48,192 nt of DNA. Origin: an uncultured bacterium (GTDB lineage: Bacteria; Patescibacteriota; Minisyncoccia; Phycocordibacterales; CAIZLB01). Below are positions 37,601 through 45,876 of the stretch, piece by piece. The DNA is taken from positions 1 to 48,192 of the forward strand of contig CAIPFZ010000009.1 of assembly GCA_903864515.1 (NCBI GenBank). Direction: 5' to 3'. The position numbers and the translations under genes are program-made. How positions within the stretch are numbered: position 1 is the first letter of the stretch; every line of letters starts with the position of its first letter. A model generated the notes under the pieces. That model ran no database searches. It saw only the letters and a list, made by a program, of their open reading frames with translations, and was not told the origin of the DNA.

Positions 37601-40054
37601 ACTGTAATCGATATCTGGAAACCAAATTAGAGCCTCGTAACTTTTATTTAATTCAGGTAAATTAACTTGAATATTTTTATTACCATCATTTGTAAAATTA
37701 ACAGACTTAGTAATCACTTCTCTCATTGCACTTATTCCCTTTACATATAAAGTATAGTTTCCACTTTGTGGTGGTGGAATATCTGATCCACTCAGGGCAC
37801 AATTTGCAGTTGAGGTTGAGATGAAGTTGTCATATGAATAGTAACAATACTTTGATGTACCCCAGGAAATCACAGGATTCCAATCTATAACACTACTACT
37901 TGCGAATGGTGTAACAATGTCTACTGAATAAACTGATGGGAATTTTGAGCTGGTATAAATATAACCATTAAGCACTGCGGCTGCCATTCTATTACCATCA
38001 CCAGATGATGTTACACCAAACCAAACCCTGTTAGAATCTTGTGCTGTCCAGCTTACACCTGAATCTGTGGAAGTATATATCTTACCACTATTAACTACCG
38101 AGGTAAGTACGTTACCATTTATTGAAGATGTGACAGATCGCCAAGCCCTGTTTGCATCATTCACACGAGGAGTAAAATTCACACCCCCATCAATTGATGT
38201 ATACAAATAACCAGTACCAGCTGCAGCTACAACTTTTAATCCATCTGCAGATATTGCAATTGACTTCCAGTCTTTTGTTCCAAGTGCTAGAGAACCTGTA
38301 CTTGTTGCCCATGTATTCCCACCGTCAGTTGATCTATATATATACCCCGCACTACCAGTTCCAGCAAACATTACTCCACCGTCAGCGGAGACAGTAGTTG
38401 TAAGCCAACCCCTATTAGCGTCATTCATTCTAGATGTCCAAGTAACACCACCGTCTAATGACACGTAAAGATAATTGTTACTTGCGCTGGCTAAAATCTT
38501 TTTTCCGTCAGCAGACATCGCAATAGAATTCCAAGATTTTATTCCATCAGCAACGTATGTTGCCCACGTAAAACCACCATCCGTTGATACATATATATTT
38601 GTGTTTGAACCTAATGCTGCTACCTTTCTTCCATCAGCAGACATTGCGACAGACTCCCAAACTCTTGTGATATCAGAAGTGCGCTGTGTCCAAGTGACAC
38701 CACTGTCAATTGATCCATATATATAACCAGCGGAGGCAAGAGCGATTAATTTCACACCATCAACAGAAGACGCGATGGACTTCCATTGTCTAGATTCTGC
38801 AGACAATCTGGAAATCCAGACTTCACCAAATAGAGGATTTAATCTTAATCTCAAGCCAAAATCTAGGTTATTAACAATAAGAGAATTTATGTCTGCGGTA
38901 GTAGTTGCTGTACTTGTACCAGCAATTGAAACTGCATAACTAATGTTAAGCATTGATGTTGAAAAAGTAGTTGACGCCACAGTTAATGATTCAGCAGAAA
39001 TTAAAATATTAGGAGAATTTATTTTCTTACCAGTCAAATTTAGCGCACCTCCAGAGATAGTAATTGTTGAGGATGATTTTATAAGATTTGAAAAATTAAC
39101 TGCCGTAGTTGAAGCCAGAGTAAAATTTGAATAACCTGATGCATCGGTGAAGTAATTCAAGTTTGAAGTTGTAGCCGATGTAATAGAATACCCAGCACCA
39201 TCGAAAATAATATTATTAGATCCTGCAACAAAACAAGTTCCACTTACATTCGTAATATTTTGACTTAAAGTAAACAAACCAGATCCAAACAATGTACCAC
39301 AAGAAGAAACAGTGCCTGGAAAGATCGGCCAAGTTCCTCCAATATAAACTCCATAGTTTGTAGCATTATCATTAAAAAATGAAAGAGAACTCAAGGTGAC
39401 ATTTGTCTTATTTAGAGAGTTTGTGTAATTTAAATCCAATCCTCCATCTGTGTTTCTCCCTACCGTTCCAGTACCTGCAAGAGTAGATATGGTTGAACTT
39501 GATATATTTAAATCATAACTTGTTAGATCAATATTTCCTCCAATTCCTCCATATTGCTTGCTAGATGAATTTCCTCCAGCTGTTGTAATTCCACCAACAG
39601 AAGAATAGAAGACCGCAACATCTCCTCCATCTCCCCCATTGCCGTTATTTTCTCCCAAGCCTGTAACATCAGAATTTCCACTCAAATTAACACCGGTAGT
39701 GTACCCTGTTATTATTAATTCATTTATAATTAAATTAGTATATCCATTTGCACCTTCTGTAAGTGAACTGCTTGGACCACCATCTCTTTGACGAGCGTCA
39801 ATTGCAATAGACCCTGAACCTGATACTGTGTATCCCCCACCATTAATAATTACATTATCAGATGAAATATTGAAACACGTTGATGTTCCGTTTGAGACAC
39901 TTGAAGTCAAATTATACACCCCAGGAACCGCCAATTCTCCACATGTATTTATGTCCCCCGGAAGCAAAACATCAGCACTGGATATTTGCGGAGTTAGACA
40001 AAAGAAAAAAGTAAAAAATATCGCCATAGATATGATTATTTTTTGCTTGTTCAT
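31685..40054 (-). CDS. giant secreted surface protein (2,789 aa): beta-helix regions, three seven-bladed Asp-box (BNR-like) propellers, Cys-pair modules
   Basis: signal peptide MNKQKIIISMAIFFTFFFCLTPQISSA; 21 blades of pattern W.S.A.S.DG.K......IY.S.D.G.TW; four C.YSY(D/N)N(F/W).STST..C...G.DI..PP modules; long G/N/T-rich beta-helix-like stretches. Confidence 0.85.
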   Translation of the reverse strand: MNKQKIIISMAIFFTFFFCLTPQISSADVLLPGDINTCGELAVPGVYNLTSSVSNGTSTCFNISSDNVIINGGGYTVSGSGSIAIDARQRDGGPSSSLTEGANGYTNLIINELIITGYTTGVNLSGNSDVTGLGENNGNGGDGGDVAVFYSSVGGITTAGGNSSSKQYGGIGGNIDLTSYDLNISSSTISTLAGTGTVGRNTDGGLDLNYTNSLNKTNVTLSSLSFFNDNATNYGVYIGGTWPIFPGTVSSCGTLFGSGLFTLSQNITNVSGTCFVAGSNNIIFDGAGYSITSATTSNLNYFTDASGYSNFTLASTTAVNFSNLIKSSSTITISGGALNLTGKKINSPNILISAESLTVASTTFSTSMLNISYAVSIAGTSTATTTADINSLIVNNLDFGLRLRLNPLFGEVWISRLSAESRQWKSIASSVDGVKLIALASAGYIYGSIDSGVTWTQRTSDITRVWESVAMSADGRKVAALGSNTNIYVSTDGGFTWATYVADGIKSWNSIAMSADGKKILASASNNYLYVSLDGGVTWTSRMNDANRGWLTTTVSADGGVMFAGTGSAGYIYRSTDGGNTWATSTGSLALGTKDWKSIAISADGLKVVAAAGTGYLYTSIDGGVNFTPRVNDANRAWRSVTSSINGNVLTSVVNSGKIYTSTDSGVSWTAQDSNRVWFGVTSSGDGNRMAAAVLNGYIYTSSKFPSVYSVDIVTPFASSSVIDWNPVISWGTSKYCYYSYDNFISTSTANCALSGSDIPPPQSGNYTLYVKGISAMREVITKSVNFTNDGNKNIQVNLPELNKSYEALIWFPDIDYSVNNESLVTCQYSYDNFISTSTVNCLNGGSDILPPSNDGQNILYIRTVDSNNNVNIKNVPFTYLYSFVKNTALGLRGWSGYDSFALSYDGTKILANMINDYIWTSSNGGTSWVQRTSDVKRSWAVAASSDDGVKLVSAVSNNGLIYTSVDSGATWVPRGTTTRSWFRVTSSSDGVNLAASVFGGYIYTSTDSGVTWVQRTSAGSKYWYGLASSNDGMKLIASGNTSGQTGYVYISTDGGANWATSTALGYKDWKAVASSGDGSRLVAVASTNFIYVSTDGGVTWNSRVNDVARAWYSVSASDDGMTLAAATFDGYIYVSKDGGNNWEPRSSTGLGDWFNIEVSGDGKKILAARSDDDKHLYILDLNANDKFLNSYITINRPIASSYLTNLIWSPSITWGFKKTNCQYSYNNWVSTSTANCAMNGTDISLPPSNGSVTLSLRSTDDNSNVSIGSVIFNYILNGWTLVSGVSDADLDSTAVSIDGDKMFTGGSYIYRSIDSGINWIRTNAPMASYGWNVVSTADGTKLVASQGDIVTKIYFSTDSGLNWTQSSNSGTGGWYGLASSADGSRMIVAKNNSYLYISEDYGNTWTSQLSVPIRAWRDFALSANGLKAAGVVNSGYIYLSADGGATWATSTGSLSLGTKAWIDITASSDATKLAAIAGSYIYLSSDSGVTWATSTAGLKSWKDLTMSADGNKITAAVFTGHIYTSEDGGVTWAQSTSDPTREYLGVSSSADGNRVVAVARPDIFVLVKNPLVISPSIFLPQNLSTTTAWRPIISWSTATSCYYSYDNFVSTSTADCALDGADIIPPAVSGSVTLSIKGVDAGGVISTKTSSFTYSPHYWCGTADSNWSNVSNWFTDASCSVNKGSLPVGSSGVFLVGNTSPVISWSTTTLPLFIDSTGLTAGANASGVIFSNSTNNTTKIIGNATFNSGAYNSGIITGNVIYSDAVAGTFNLSNSMKWAGSIGGTIKGGDGIDIIHLIFNDLSSNEITIGNTFSVVFNDGASNNGIINGSAVFNNTKLFTIGTVNGTATLNGLSQTLNGVNNVINLVKNVAVAIRDTLFLTSGSVLNISGSTTLLGYDADNLLTIKSTVPGIQASIGINGTSTLNYLRIKDLNNTGPSINVSSSTIFNDEGNTGFVFNSDKYLIPRDGMTSRYLQGGIPVFPGLISHCGNLYFAGTYTLEADIAENCNILGSGVIINGAGHAITGNIIGNQYGFTIASTTVSGSVTSSGTTTVNDLTSITGDTTIAGLLMGDGTASISNITIQQTGIVATSSVNFVGNVSNSGVMHGGISIAGNTLNNGIINGDSVLRASSTNHGVINGNVVLNNYSINSGTINGSTTANDSSFSSGTTTGNLTLNNIIALNGKVTFSTSTSFLGTGRVLGLVKDRVGATITTWKFNDQSSNIGYTKGIGYFNDTSVNSGTILGRTYFNGRAVNSGTVIGNADVYRFVVAPLTGIVTGTITYHSYPNGRSFINSTGDGMWDNPANWFEDATLTDNLGSVPAGDDFVILFSSTTIAHDIGNDIYIGSNDITIDGVSGNEIDGFISGNGAYDGGDAYDFNLTNLTVTGTTSADGADNSNGIGGDGGNIHISTSTTANITASGGDGTLGGGDGGTITVINSVATSTAPNSQATGGQATYCGPGGNSGGVSSINSSYGTIINNAGNGTNTGCPSENHSGGSYIGQSIIGTYSPVVSNPTPSAPSNSNNNAGASAGAGSSGSTITNNGLNNNLNLSNLEKLVRDTDANFGISRFVNPLAGLARLRPIGFKTVPKFRIKDNVEKFLNDSLPKELVDLSEAVPSIKKELSSAGIINGFALYSMENSPINTPTLNQIIKTKTLQPLNLLFVSVDGIETPTKLSIDAKGGLYQIINVNPYSVLAVSARHIDKKVAVTFNGKNVKYSKDKNNVVKVDVAVPKGGSVHVLKIGNLLLEVRSSDFLYRTDNSYYRNITSIEEPFWWFKENVNNFIKAIRR
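35354..36184 (-). repeat. propeller 3 coding segment (aa ~1291-1567, 7 blades)
   Basis: SIDSGINW, STDSGLNW, SEDYGNTW, SADGGATW, SSDSGVTW, SEDGGVTW, plus a closing blade. Confidence 0.7.
36512..37372 (-). repeat. propeller 2 coding segment (aa ~895-1181, 7 blades)
   Basis: SSNGGTSW, SVDSGATW, STDSGVTW, STDGGANW, STDGGVTW, SKDGGNNW, plus a closing blade. Confidence 0.7.
37946..38785 (-). repeat. propeller 1 coding segment (aa ~424-703, 7 Asp-box blades)
   Basis: blades end in SIDSGVTW, STDGGFTW, SLDGGVTW, STDGGNTW, SIDGGVNF, STDSGVSW, plus a closing blade. Confidence 0.7.
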
Positions 40055-40061
40055 TTGTTAA

Positions 40062-40070
40062 ATTATAACA
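40062..40070 (-). promoter_or_regulatory. extended -10 promoter box (TGTTATAAT)
   Basis: 7 nt upstream of the giant-gene ATG 40054 (leaderless geometry). Confidence 0.5.
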
Positions 40071-40295
40071 TTTTTTATGCAAATACTACGTAAATAAATG
40101 GGGATAACTTTAGATAATTACATCCATTGACTGATAGCTATATAATGTGGCAATATAGCAAGCAGAATAGCCTTGCCCAAACTGTTCAGACCCATGGTAT
40201 TCTCCCCAAGGGGAATAACTGTATAGACGAGTAGTCAATACTGAGGTGCTTTTACCTCATGGTCACAACTCCAGGCATTAGATACATCAAACAAA

Positions 40296-40967
40296 TTGAG
40301 CCCAAACAGATATAATCATATCAGTGAACTACTATGCGGAGACTTGATATCTGCATACGAACGTCGCAATGGAATTGACCTCGATGAAGAGTCCCACCTC
40401 TTAGCTTCCGCTGAGAAATGGCGCTTCATCATTGGATCAATACTTATTACAACCCTGTGTGCAACAGCGTGGATCATGGTAGAACCACTCACCAAGATAT
40501 TCAACCTTCAATTTACAGGATTGGAATTTTCCAGACTGCAAATGGCGTCCATTCTGGTTATCATCACTGAAGCTGCATTCTATTGGCGTGTGCATAACAT
40601 CCGCGGAAGGCACGATGGAGTATTCCAACGTCTATACTGGGCAATAATGTGCGTTGCACCATATTGCTATTGTAGCTTGACGTGTATATCTCCTTCAGCG
40701 ATTGAAACAAAGCCGTTTCCAATAACGAAGGCGGTCATCTTGGATGGCTTGCGCATTGCAAAGGATAGAATTCAAAAATACAAAAACCTCATTGAACTCA
40801 TAAAGACAATGAGGCAACAAGTATCTGTTGAGTTCATCCAAGAAACGCAAGAAGGGTTGGAAGATGCGGAAGATGCATTGGTTCAAATCCAGGAACATCT
40901 AAGTCTCTTTGATGTTACAGACCCGGATGCTGACGACGGGCAAACCAACTTTGATTTTAGGGATTAA
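40296..40967 (+). CDS. hypothetical membrane protein with acidic coiled-coil tail
   Basis: 2-3 predicted TM segments; TTG start in the track, so true start uncertain; GC-richer than neighbours. Confidence 0.4.
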   Translation: MSPNRYNHISELLCGDLISAYERRNGIDLDEESHLLASAEKWRFIIGSILITTLCATAWIMVEPLTKIFNLQFTGLEFSRLQMASILVIITEAAFYWRVHNIRGRHDGVFQRLYWAIMCVAPYCYCSLTCISPSAIETKPFPITKAVILDGLRIAKDRIQKYKNLIELIKTMRQQVSVEFIQETQEGLEDAEDALVQIQEHLSLFDVTDPDADDGQTNFDFRD

Positions 40968-41048
40968 GATAGCTTCAGCCTGAAGCCTTCGTAAGACCTA
41001 TTATCAAATCAATCAAAACAATTCAATCATTTAACAATTCACTTCACC

Positions 41049-41083
41049 CCTCCGCACGCAGTGTGCGGAGGTTTTGTTTTTTT
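41049..41083 (+). terminator. intrinsic terminator
   Basis: CCTCCGCAC-gcagt-GTGCGGAGG followed by TTTTGTTTTTTT. Confidence 0.8.
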
Positions 41084-41111
41084 GAATTACAATCCATTGG
41101 CACAACTTTAA

Positions 41112-41120
41112 TGCTACAAT
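41112..41120 (+). promoter_or_regulatory. extended -10 promoter box (TGCTACAAT)
   Basis: 9 nt upstream of ATG 41130. Confidence 0.45.
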
Positions 41121-41129
41121 ATTTAAATC

Positions 41130-41963
41130 ATGGATCAAAAAAATACGAATGAAAATAATGTTGGAAAAAATATGGAAATTAGAAAAATAAGAAATGATGT
41201 CAATTACAAACGTGAAAGATTAGTTAGAGTAATTGTACAAATGAGAGACGGTAGAACGTCAACAGGAACTGGTTTTTTTATTAGCGAAGATGGGGAAATT
41301 TTAACATGCGCGCATGTTATTTCAGGAACGGAACTTAGAAATCTTAAGGCAATTGATTATAAAGTTGGACCAAATGCAGGGGTCAATATTGTTAATACAA
41401 ATAGTATAGAACAAGCTAATAATGTGGACCAAATAGAACATGCAAAATTCCTAAATTATCTTACGCAATCCATAATGAGCCTTCAAATTGAACTCTCAAA
41501 TGGAGAAAGAGCTATGGCTGAAATAAAAAAGATTGATGAAGAGTTTGATGTGGCGCTGATAAAAATCGTAAAAAATGAAGGGTTAGGCGTTAATGGAAAC
41601 GGAAAAGAAACACCGTTCTTTTTATTAGACGATGAATACATTCCAGAGTATGATGAATCAACTTTCTTCTGTGGTTTTCAAATGACTGGTGGATATGAGA
41701 ATCCAACTCAATATCCTTTTTCAATTAATAGAGCAGTAGTTTCTGCCATACCTTTGGTTGCTGTTGCCGGTGGAAGATACGAACATATTCAATTAAATTC
41801 TATTAATCTTGGCGGAAATAGTGGCGCTCCATTATTTATTGAAGGAAGTAATACAGTGATTGGAATGATAAATGGAAATATGAATTGGCTTACAAATATT
41901 CCGCTTTGTATTGCATATGCAACATCTTTGAAATTAATTAAAGAGAAGACGGATATTTTATAG
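41130..41963 (+). CDS. trypsin-like (S1-fold) serine protease, no signal peptide seen
   Basis: catalytic contexts TCAHV (His), DVALIKI (Asp) and GGNSGAPLF (Ser). Confidence 0.75.
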   Translation: MDQKNTNENNVGKNMEIRKIRNDVNYKRERLVRVIVQMRDGRTSTGTGFFISEDGEILTCAHVISGTELRNLKAIDYKVGPNAGVNIVNTNSIEQANNVDQIEHAKFLNYLTQSIMSLQIELSNGERAMAEIKKIDEEFDVALIKIVKNEGLGVNGNGKETPFFLLDDEYIPEYDESTFFCGFQMTGGYENPTQYPFSINRAVVSAIPLVAVAGGRYEHIQLNSINLGGNSGAPLFIEGSNTVIGMINGNMNWLTNIPLCIAYATSLKLIKEKTDIL

Positions 41964-41970
41964 TACAAAA

Positions 41971-42000
41971 AAGCCCGCCACGGAAGGCCGTGGCGGGCTT
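41971..42000. terminator. bidirectional GC-rich terminator
   Basis: AAGCCCGCCACGG-aagg-CCGTGGCGGGCTT between convergent genes, preceded by AAAAA. Confidence 0.75.
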
Positions 42001-42048
42001 CCTGGGGCGGGTTATAGTTGGCTAGATGATGTTTCTTTGCGTCAATGA

Positions 42049-42375
42049 TCAACTTTGAACAATGTTGGAATCAATGACTATCTGAACATAGCTAGGTCCG
42101 GTGGTGGCTTCAATTTTGATTTCAAAAGGATCTTCGCCACCGCAGACACATTTGAAACTACGCTTGTAGCCATTGTTTCCAATAGCAAACATATTGAGGG
42201 AGATGTTAGGCCTTGATGCCAAAGCCATAGAATTAACGTCCAGGTTGGCGAGCGTGATTTCATTAAACAAAGTATCAACCGCCGCCTTTTTCGCTTCCAA
42301 TTGATCAGGTTTACCAATTGGCATTTGATTGAAAATCCGGGCTGCATTGATAAGTTGATTCATCTTGTGTTTCAT
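42049..42375 (-). CDS. hypothetical protein (108 aa), GC-richer orphan
   Basis: ATG-initiated ORF with CA-rich leader and own terminator; no motif recognised. Confidence 0.45.
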   Translation of the reverse strand: MKHKMNQLINAARIFNQMPIGKPDQLEAKKAAVDTLFNEITLANLDVNSMALASRPNISLNMFAIGNNGYKRSFKCVCGGEDPFEIKIEATTGPSYVQIVIDSNIVQS

Positions 42376-42721
42376 TGTATTACTCTGTTGTTGGTTGTTC
42401 TAAACAGCAGTCTAGTTTGTTTGACTGCATCTTTCAAGGTATGTATTTGATGTCACTTAATCATAATTAAAGCGATTCAAAAGCGTAAATACCCTTAAAG
42501 ATACAGTCAAGACCAAAAGAAAATAACTCTTCTGCAACATAAGTAACAGTCTTATTAATGAACTAAATCTGTAAAACTATACAGTAAAGTTGGGAAAAGT
42601 AAAGGGGTGTTTTTGAATTAAAATTTTCCCCAACATTATCCCCATCCCCCACTTTTTCTGCAGATTTTACACATGATGAAAATGGTTTAATATTATTATT
42701 ATCAATTTAATATATAAACAA

Positions 42722-43399
42722 ATGAAGATACTAATTATAGAAGATGATATTTTTTTAGCACAGACAATCAAAAGGGCACTTCAAGCTTACTGCTTTAATG
42801 TTGATACTGCGCATGATGGAAAAAGCGGATCCTACATTGCAAGAATTAATAGATATGATTTGATATTATTAGATTTAATCTTACCAGACAAAAGTGGAGT
42901 TTCAGTTTGCAGAGAAATTAGAGCGGAGGGAATAAAATGTCCAATACTTATTGTATCATCGCAATCTGAGGTGCCAGATAAGGTTACAATGCTCAATGCC
43001 GGTGCAGATGATTATATTACCAAGCCATTTAATATGGAGGAGCTTGTAGCAAGAGTAAATGCGTTAATCAGAAGGCCGTATGATATATTAGAGGAGGTAA
43101 TGACATTAAATGATTTAACAATAGATACTAATACTCAAACTGTTACCAAATCTGGTGAGAATGTTTATCTAACAAGAAGAGAATATATGTTGCTAAATTG
43201 CTTTGCGAGGAATGAGGGCAGGATTCTCACAAGAGGAAGGATTCTTGAGGAAGTATGGGAAAGGGATGCAAGTCCGATGACCAATACAATAGAGACGCAT
43301 GTTAGAAATTTAAGGAAGAAGATTGAGACGGATGATAAGAGGATTATTTATACGGTGAATGGGCGGGGGTATAGGATGAGTACAAAGAAAGGTGTATAG
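42722..43399 (+). CDS. OmpR/PhoB-family response regulator
   Basis: receiver with DLILLDLILPDKSG and KPF; winged-helix output LTRREYMLL...TIETHVRNLRKK...VNGRGY. Confidence 0.9.
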   Translation: MKILIIEDDIFLAQTIKRALQAYCFNVDTAHDGKSGSYIARINRYDLILLDLILPDKSGVSVCREIRAEGIKCPILIVSSQSEVPDKVTMLNAGADDYITKPFNMEELVARVNALIRRPYDILEEVMTLNDLTIDTNTQTVTKSGENVYLTRREYMLLNCFARNEGRILTRGRILEEVWERDASPMTNTIETHVRNLRKKIETDDKRIIYTVNGRGYRMSTKKGV

Positions 43400-43507
43400 A
43401 CTGGCAAGTGTGAGTTTTTGTGGAAGTTGTTAACCAATGGTCAGTGATGTATTCCGAAAAAATTCGGGGATTCTTTATAAAATATTTATGGAAATATAAT
43501 GTCTAGA

Positions 43508-43516
43508 TGATAGAAT
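43508..43516 (+). promoter_or_regulatory. extended -10 promoter box (TGATAGAAT) inside the RR-HK spacer
   Basis: ~7 nt upstream of hairpin 43524..43543; would give the kinase gene its own ~120-nt leader. Confidence 0.35.
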
Positions 43517-43644
43517 GATGCATGGAATACTGTCGAGTATTCCCAATTGTTCAAATTTTTGTATTCTGGTTCTTAGGTTTTAAATGTTAGATTCTATAAG
43601 TCACAATAGAGTCTAACAACTTACAACTTAAAACAGCAAAAGAG

Positions 43645-45045
43645 ATGTATGCAATCAAAAAACAATCATTCTTCCAAACAAATAAGAGTGAAAATTTAAA
43701 AAGGAAAAAATGCATACTGATTATGCTATGCTTTAGTATGACATCTTTTTTATCACTACTGCTAATTCTTTTAACGTATTCCTTATATATAAATGGAATA
43801 AAATATACGGGGATGTCATTTTGGATTTTACTTTTATTTACATTAACAAGTTTCTTTTCACTGTTACTTTCTCACAAAGATAAATTATTATCTAGTACTA
43901 TAATCATATTCTCATTAATCTATATTTGTATATTTTATGGATCTATCAGCTGGGGAGCTGACTTGCCTACAATACTAATAGCTCTATTTGTAACTGTTTT
44001 AATGTCAGGGATACTGATAAACTCAAGAACTGGACTACTCACAGCCGTGATATTATCTGTTCACATATTCATTTTTTATTACCTTGCCTCCCATCAAATC
44101 ATAACCCCAAACCATTCTTGGAAAAACGACACCTTCAATCTCCTTGATGTCATAGAATACTCCTCCCTCCTCATCTTCGCCGCCCTCTTCTCCTGGCTCT
44201 CCAACAGCCAACTGGAGAAAACCCTTATAAAATATAAAGAATCTGAGGCTCTTCTCCAACATGAAAAAGAGAATCTGGAAATAAAAGTCAAAGAAAGAAC
44301 AGAAGAAATCAAAGCTCTCCAAATTGAAAAAATAAACTCCATGTACCGTCTGGTAGAATTTGGAAGAATATCCTCCGGCCTATTTCATGACATAATGAGT
44401 CCCCTAACAAACATCACTCTAAATTTACAAATGCTTAAAATTGACGAGGTGAAGGAGGAAATAAAGAACTTGACCCCATCGATCAAAAAAATAGATAATT
44501 TAATTACTCAATCAAGAAAGCATATCAAAATTGATAACACTTACACACATTTTGATGTAGGCGAGGAGATTACGTCTGTAATGGAGATACTAAAATCCAA
44601 GGCAATTAGTAATGGAGTGAAATTAATATTCCCAATCAAAAACTTAAGCGCAAGATTATATGGCTCCCAAACTCTCTTCTCTCACATCATTATGAACCTC
44701 CTATCAAATGGAATTGATGCATACAGCACAGAATCAAAAACAAAAAATAAATTAGTAATAATTAAAATAAAGCGATCAATTCAAGACTCCTCCACACTAT
44801 ATATAAAAGTATCAGACAATGGCGAAGGCATCTCGCCAGAATTAATTAAAAACATCTTTGAACCTTTTTTTACAACAAAACAAGAGCGAGGGTGTGGTAT
44901 TGGATTATCATCGACAAAACACATTTTGGAAAAATATTTTAATGGCTCAATTAGCGTGAGAAGTATGTTGGGAAAAGGAACTACTTTTACAATGTCAATT
45001 CCCCTGTCAATAATTGAACGTAAGACAACCCACAGTAACTCTTGA
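43645..45045 (+). CDS. membrane sensor histidine kinase
   Basis: about 5-6 N-terminal TM segments, coiled coil, H-box GLFHDIMSPL, N-box LLSNGIDAY, G1 DNGEGI, G2 GCGIGLS; ends in tandem TGA TGA. Confidence 0.85.
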   Translation: MYAIKKQSFFQTNKSENLKRKKCILIMLCFSMTSFLSLLLILLTYSLYINGIKYTGMSFWILLLFTLTSFFSLLLSHKDKLLSSTIIIFSLIYICIFYGSISWGADLPTILIALFVTVLMSGILINSRTGLLTAVILSVHIFIFYYLASHQIITPNHSWKNDTFNLLDVIEYSSLLIFAALFSWLSNSQLEKTLIKYKESEALLQHEKENLEIKVKERTEEIKALQIEKINSMYRLVEFGRISSGLFHDIMSPLTNITLNLQMLKIDEVKEEIKNLTPSIKKIDNLITQSRKHIKIDNTYTHFDVGEEITSVMEILKSKAISNGVKLIFPIKNLSARLYGSQTLFSHIIMNLLSNGIDAYSTESKTKNKLVIIKIKRSIQDSSTLYIKVSDNGEGISPELIKNIFEPFFTTKQERGCGIGLSSTKHILEKYFNGSISVRSMLGKGTTFTMSIPLSIIERKTTHSNS

Positions 45046-45075
45046 TGAAAACAAAATAGCACGGTAAATCTATAT

Positions 45076-45104
45076 TTGTATAGCCCCCAAAATCATGCTA
45101 TCCT
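45076..45104 (+). promoter_or_regulatory. -35/-10 promoter TTGTAT-N17-TATCCT (TG at extended -10 position)
   Basis: homologous to 46293..46321 and 46990..47018. Confidence 0.4.
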
Positions 45105-45184
45105 TTTCCTCGGACCAGGAAACCTATTGAAATATCCAAGGTCAATCCCCAATCAAAACACCCAAACCCCAGAAATACTAGATT

Positions 45185-45664
45185 ATGTCAGAACCAAAAG
45201 CAGTGCTCATGCTATATGCATGCAGCTATCCTGAAAATGCGGATCATGTCCTTACAAGACTATCTGAAGAACCCGATCTTCTCAGCACCAAATGCAAAGA
45301 CGCCTTCACCTTCTTAACTCACTGCAATGCCGGTAGTGACGCCTTTGAATTTGACGTCGTCGTCATTAACGGCCGTGTACACGCCGGTAGTAGCGTAAAG
45401 GACCAAATTCAAATTGACGACGGTGACGTGGTTAATGAATTAAACTTGTGGGGTTGTCTTCGGATTAAACATACCAAAACCCCAGTTGTCGCGATTGTCT
45501 CACTTGGAGAGACTTTCAAAAAAATGGATCGAATACAAGACCCCGCCCTTGACATGAAGTACCGTATGGATACGAGCCCTGAGCAAGTAGATGAATCCAT
45601 AATCTTCACCCTTGAGAAATTTTTTCCCAAAAGATTCACTCGAAGGGACAGTTGTGGAAGCTAA
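45185..45664 (+). CDS. receiver-like (pseudo-receiver) orphan protein, paralog 1
   Basis: VLMLYA..., FDVVVINGRVHAGS (Asn at the expected phospho-Asp site), PVVAIVSLG, LEKFFP; paralogous to 46385.. and 47089.. Confidence 0.35.
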   Translation: MSEPKAVLMLYACSYPENADHVLTRLSEEPDLLSTKCKDAFTFLTHCNAGSDAFEFDVVVINGRVHAGSSVKDQIQIDDGDVVNELNLWGCLRIKHTKTPVVAIVSLGETFKKMDRIQDPALDMKYRMDTSPEQVDESIIFTLEKFFPKRFTRRDSCGS

Positions 45665-45752
45665 TACCTGCCAGCCAACCAAAAGGCTTGAGGTATTCAA
45701 TTCGCAGTCACACACAAACCGCCACACACCAACCTCGCATGAAAAACAGAGA

Positions 45753-45800
45753 AGCCTCGCCTAACGGCATCTTCTCAACGTTTTCAGGTGAGGCTTTTCT
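45753..45800 (+). terminator. long-loop hairpin after paralog 1
   Basis: AGCCTCGCC ... GGTGAGGCT followed by TTTCTAT. Confidence 0.35.
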
Positions 45801-45811
45801 ATATATAAAAA

Positions 45812-45855
45812 CGACGCCGGCAGACTGTAGCCTGCGCGGCGTTTTTTTTGTTTTT
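45812..45855. terminator. bidirectional terminator
   Basis: CGACGCCGGCAG / CTGCGCGGCG stem followed by TTTTTTTTGTTTTT; serves convergent genes 45185.. and 45877.. Confidence 0.7.
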
Positions 45856-45876
45856 GATTCCTTGTAAAATCAGCCT

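Noticed and set aside
32199-40061. Plus-strand ORFs inside the giant gene (32199.., 34812.., 35625.., 36234.., 38194.., 38475.., 38943.., 39828..) and minus-strand alternate-frame ORF 32620..32847
   Set aside because: They are antisense or alternate-frame reads of a repetitive, compositionally biased 8.4-kb CDS. They have no motifs or start signals, which is typical of shadow ORFs.
40055-40295. Riboswitch or ncRNA in the divergent region between the giant gene and ORF 40296
   Set aside because: Only short isolated hairpins are present (GCTATAT/ATATAGC, TATTCTCCCC/GGGGAATA, GAGGT/ACCTC), with no enclosing architecture or recognisable family motif. This is insufficient evidence for a feature.
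45652-45867. 71-aa plus-strand ORF after receiver-like paralog 1
   Set aside because: It reads straight through two terminator hairpins (45753..45800 and 45812..45855), and its translation is dominated by stem sequence.
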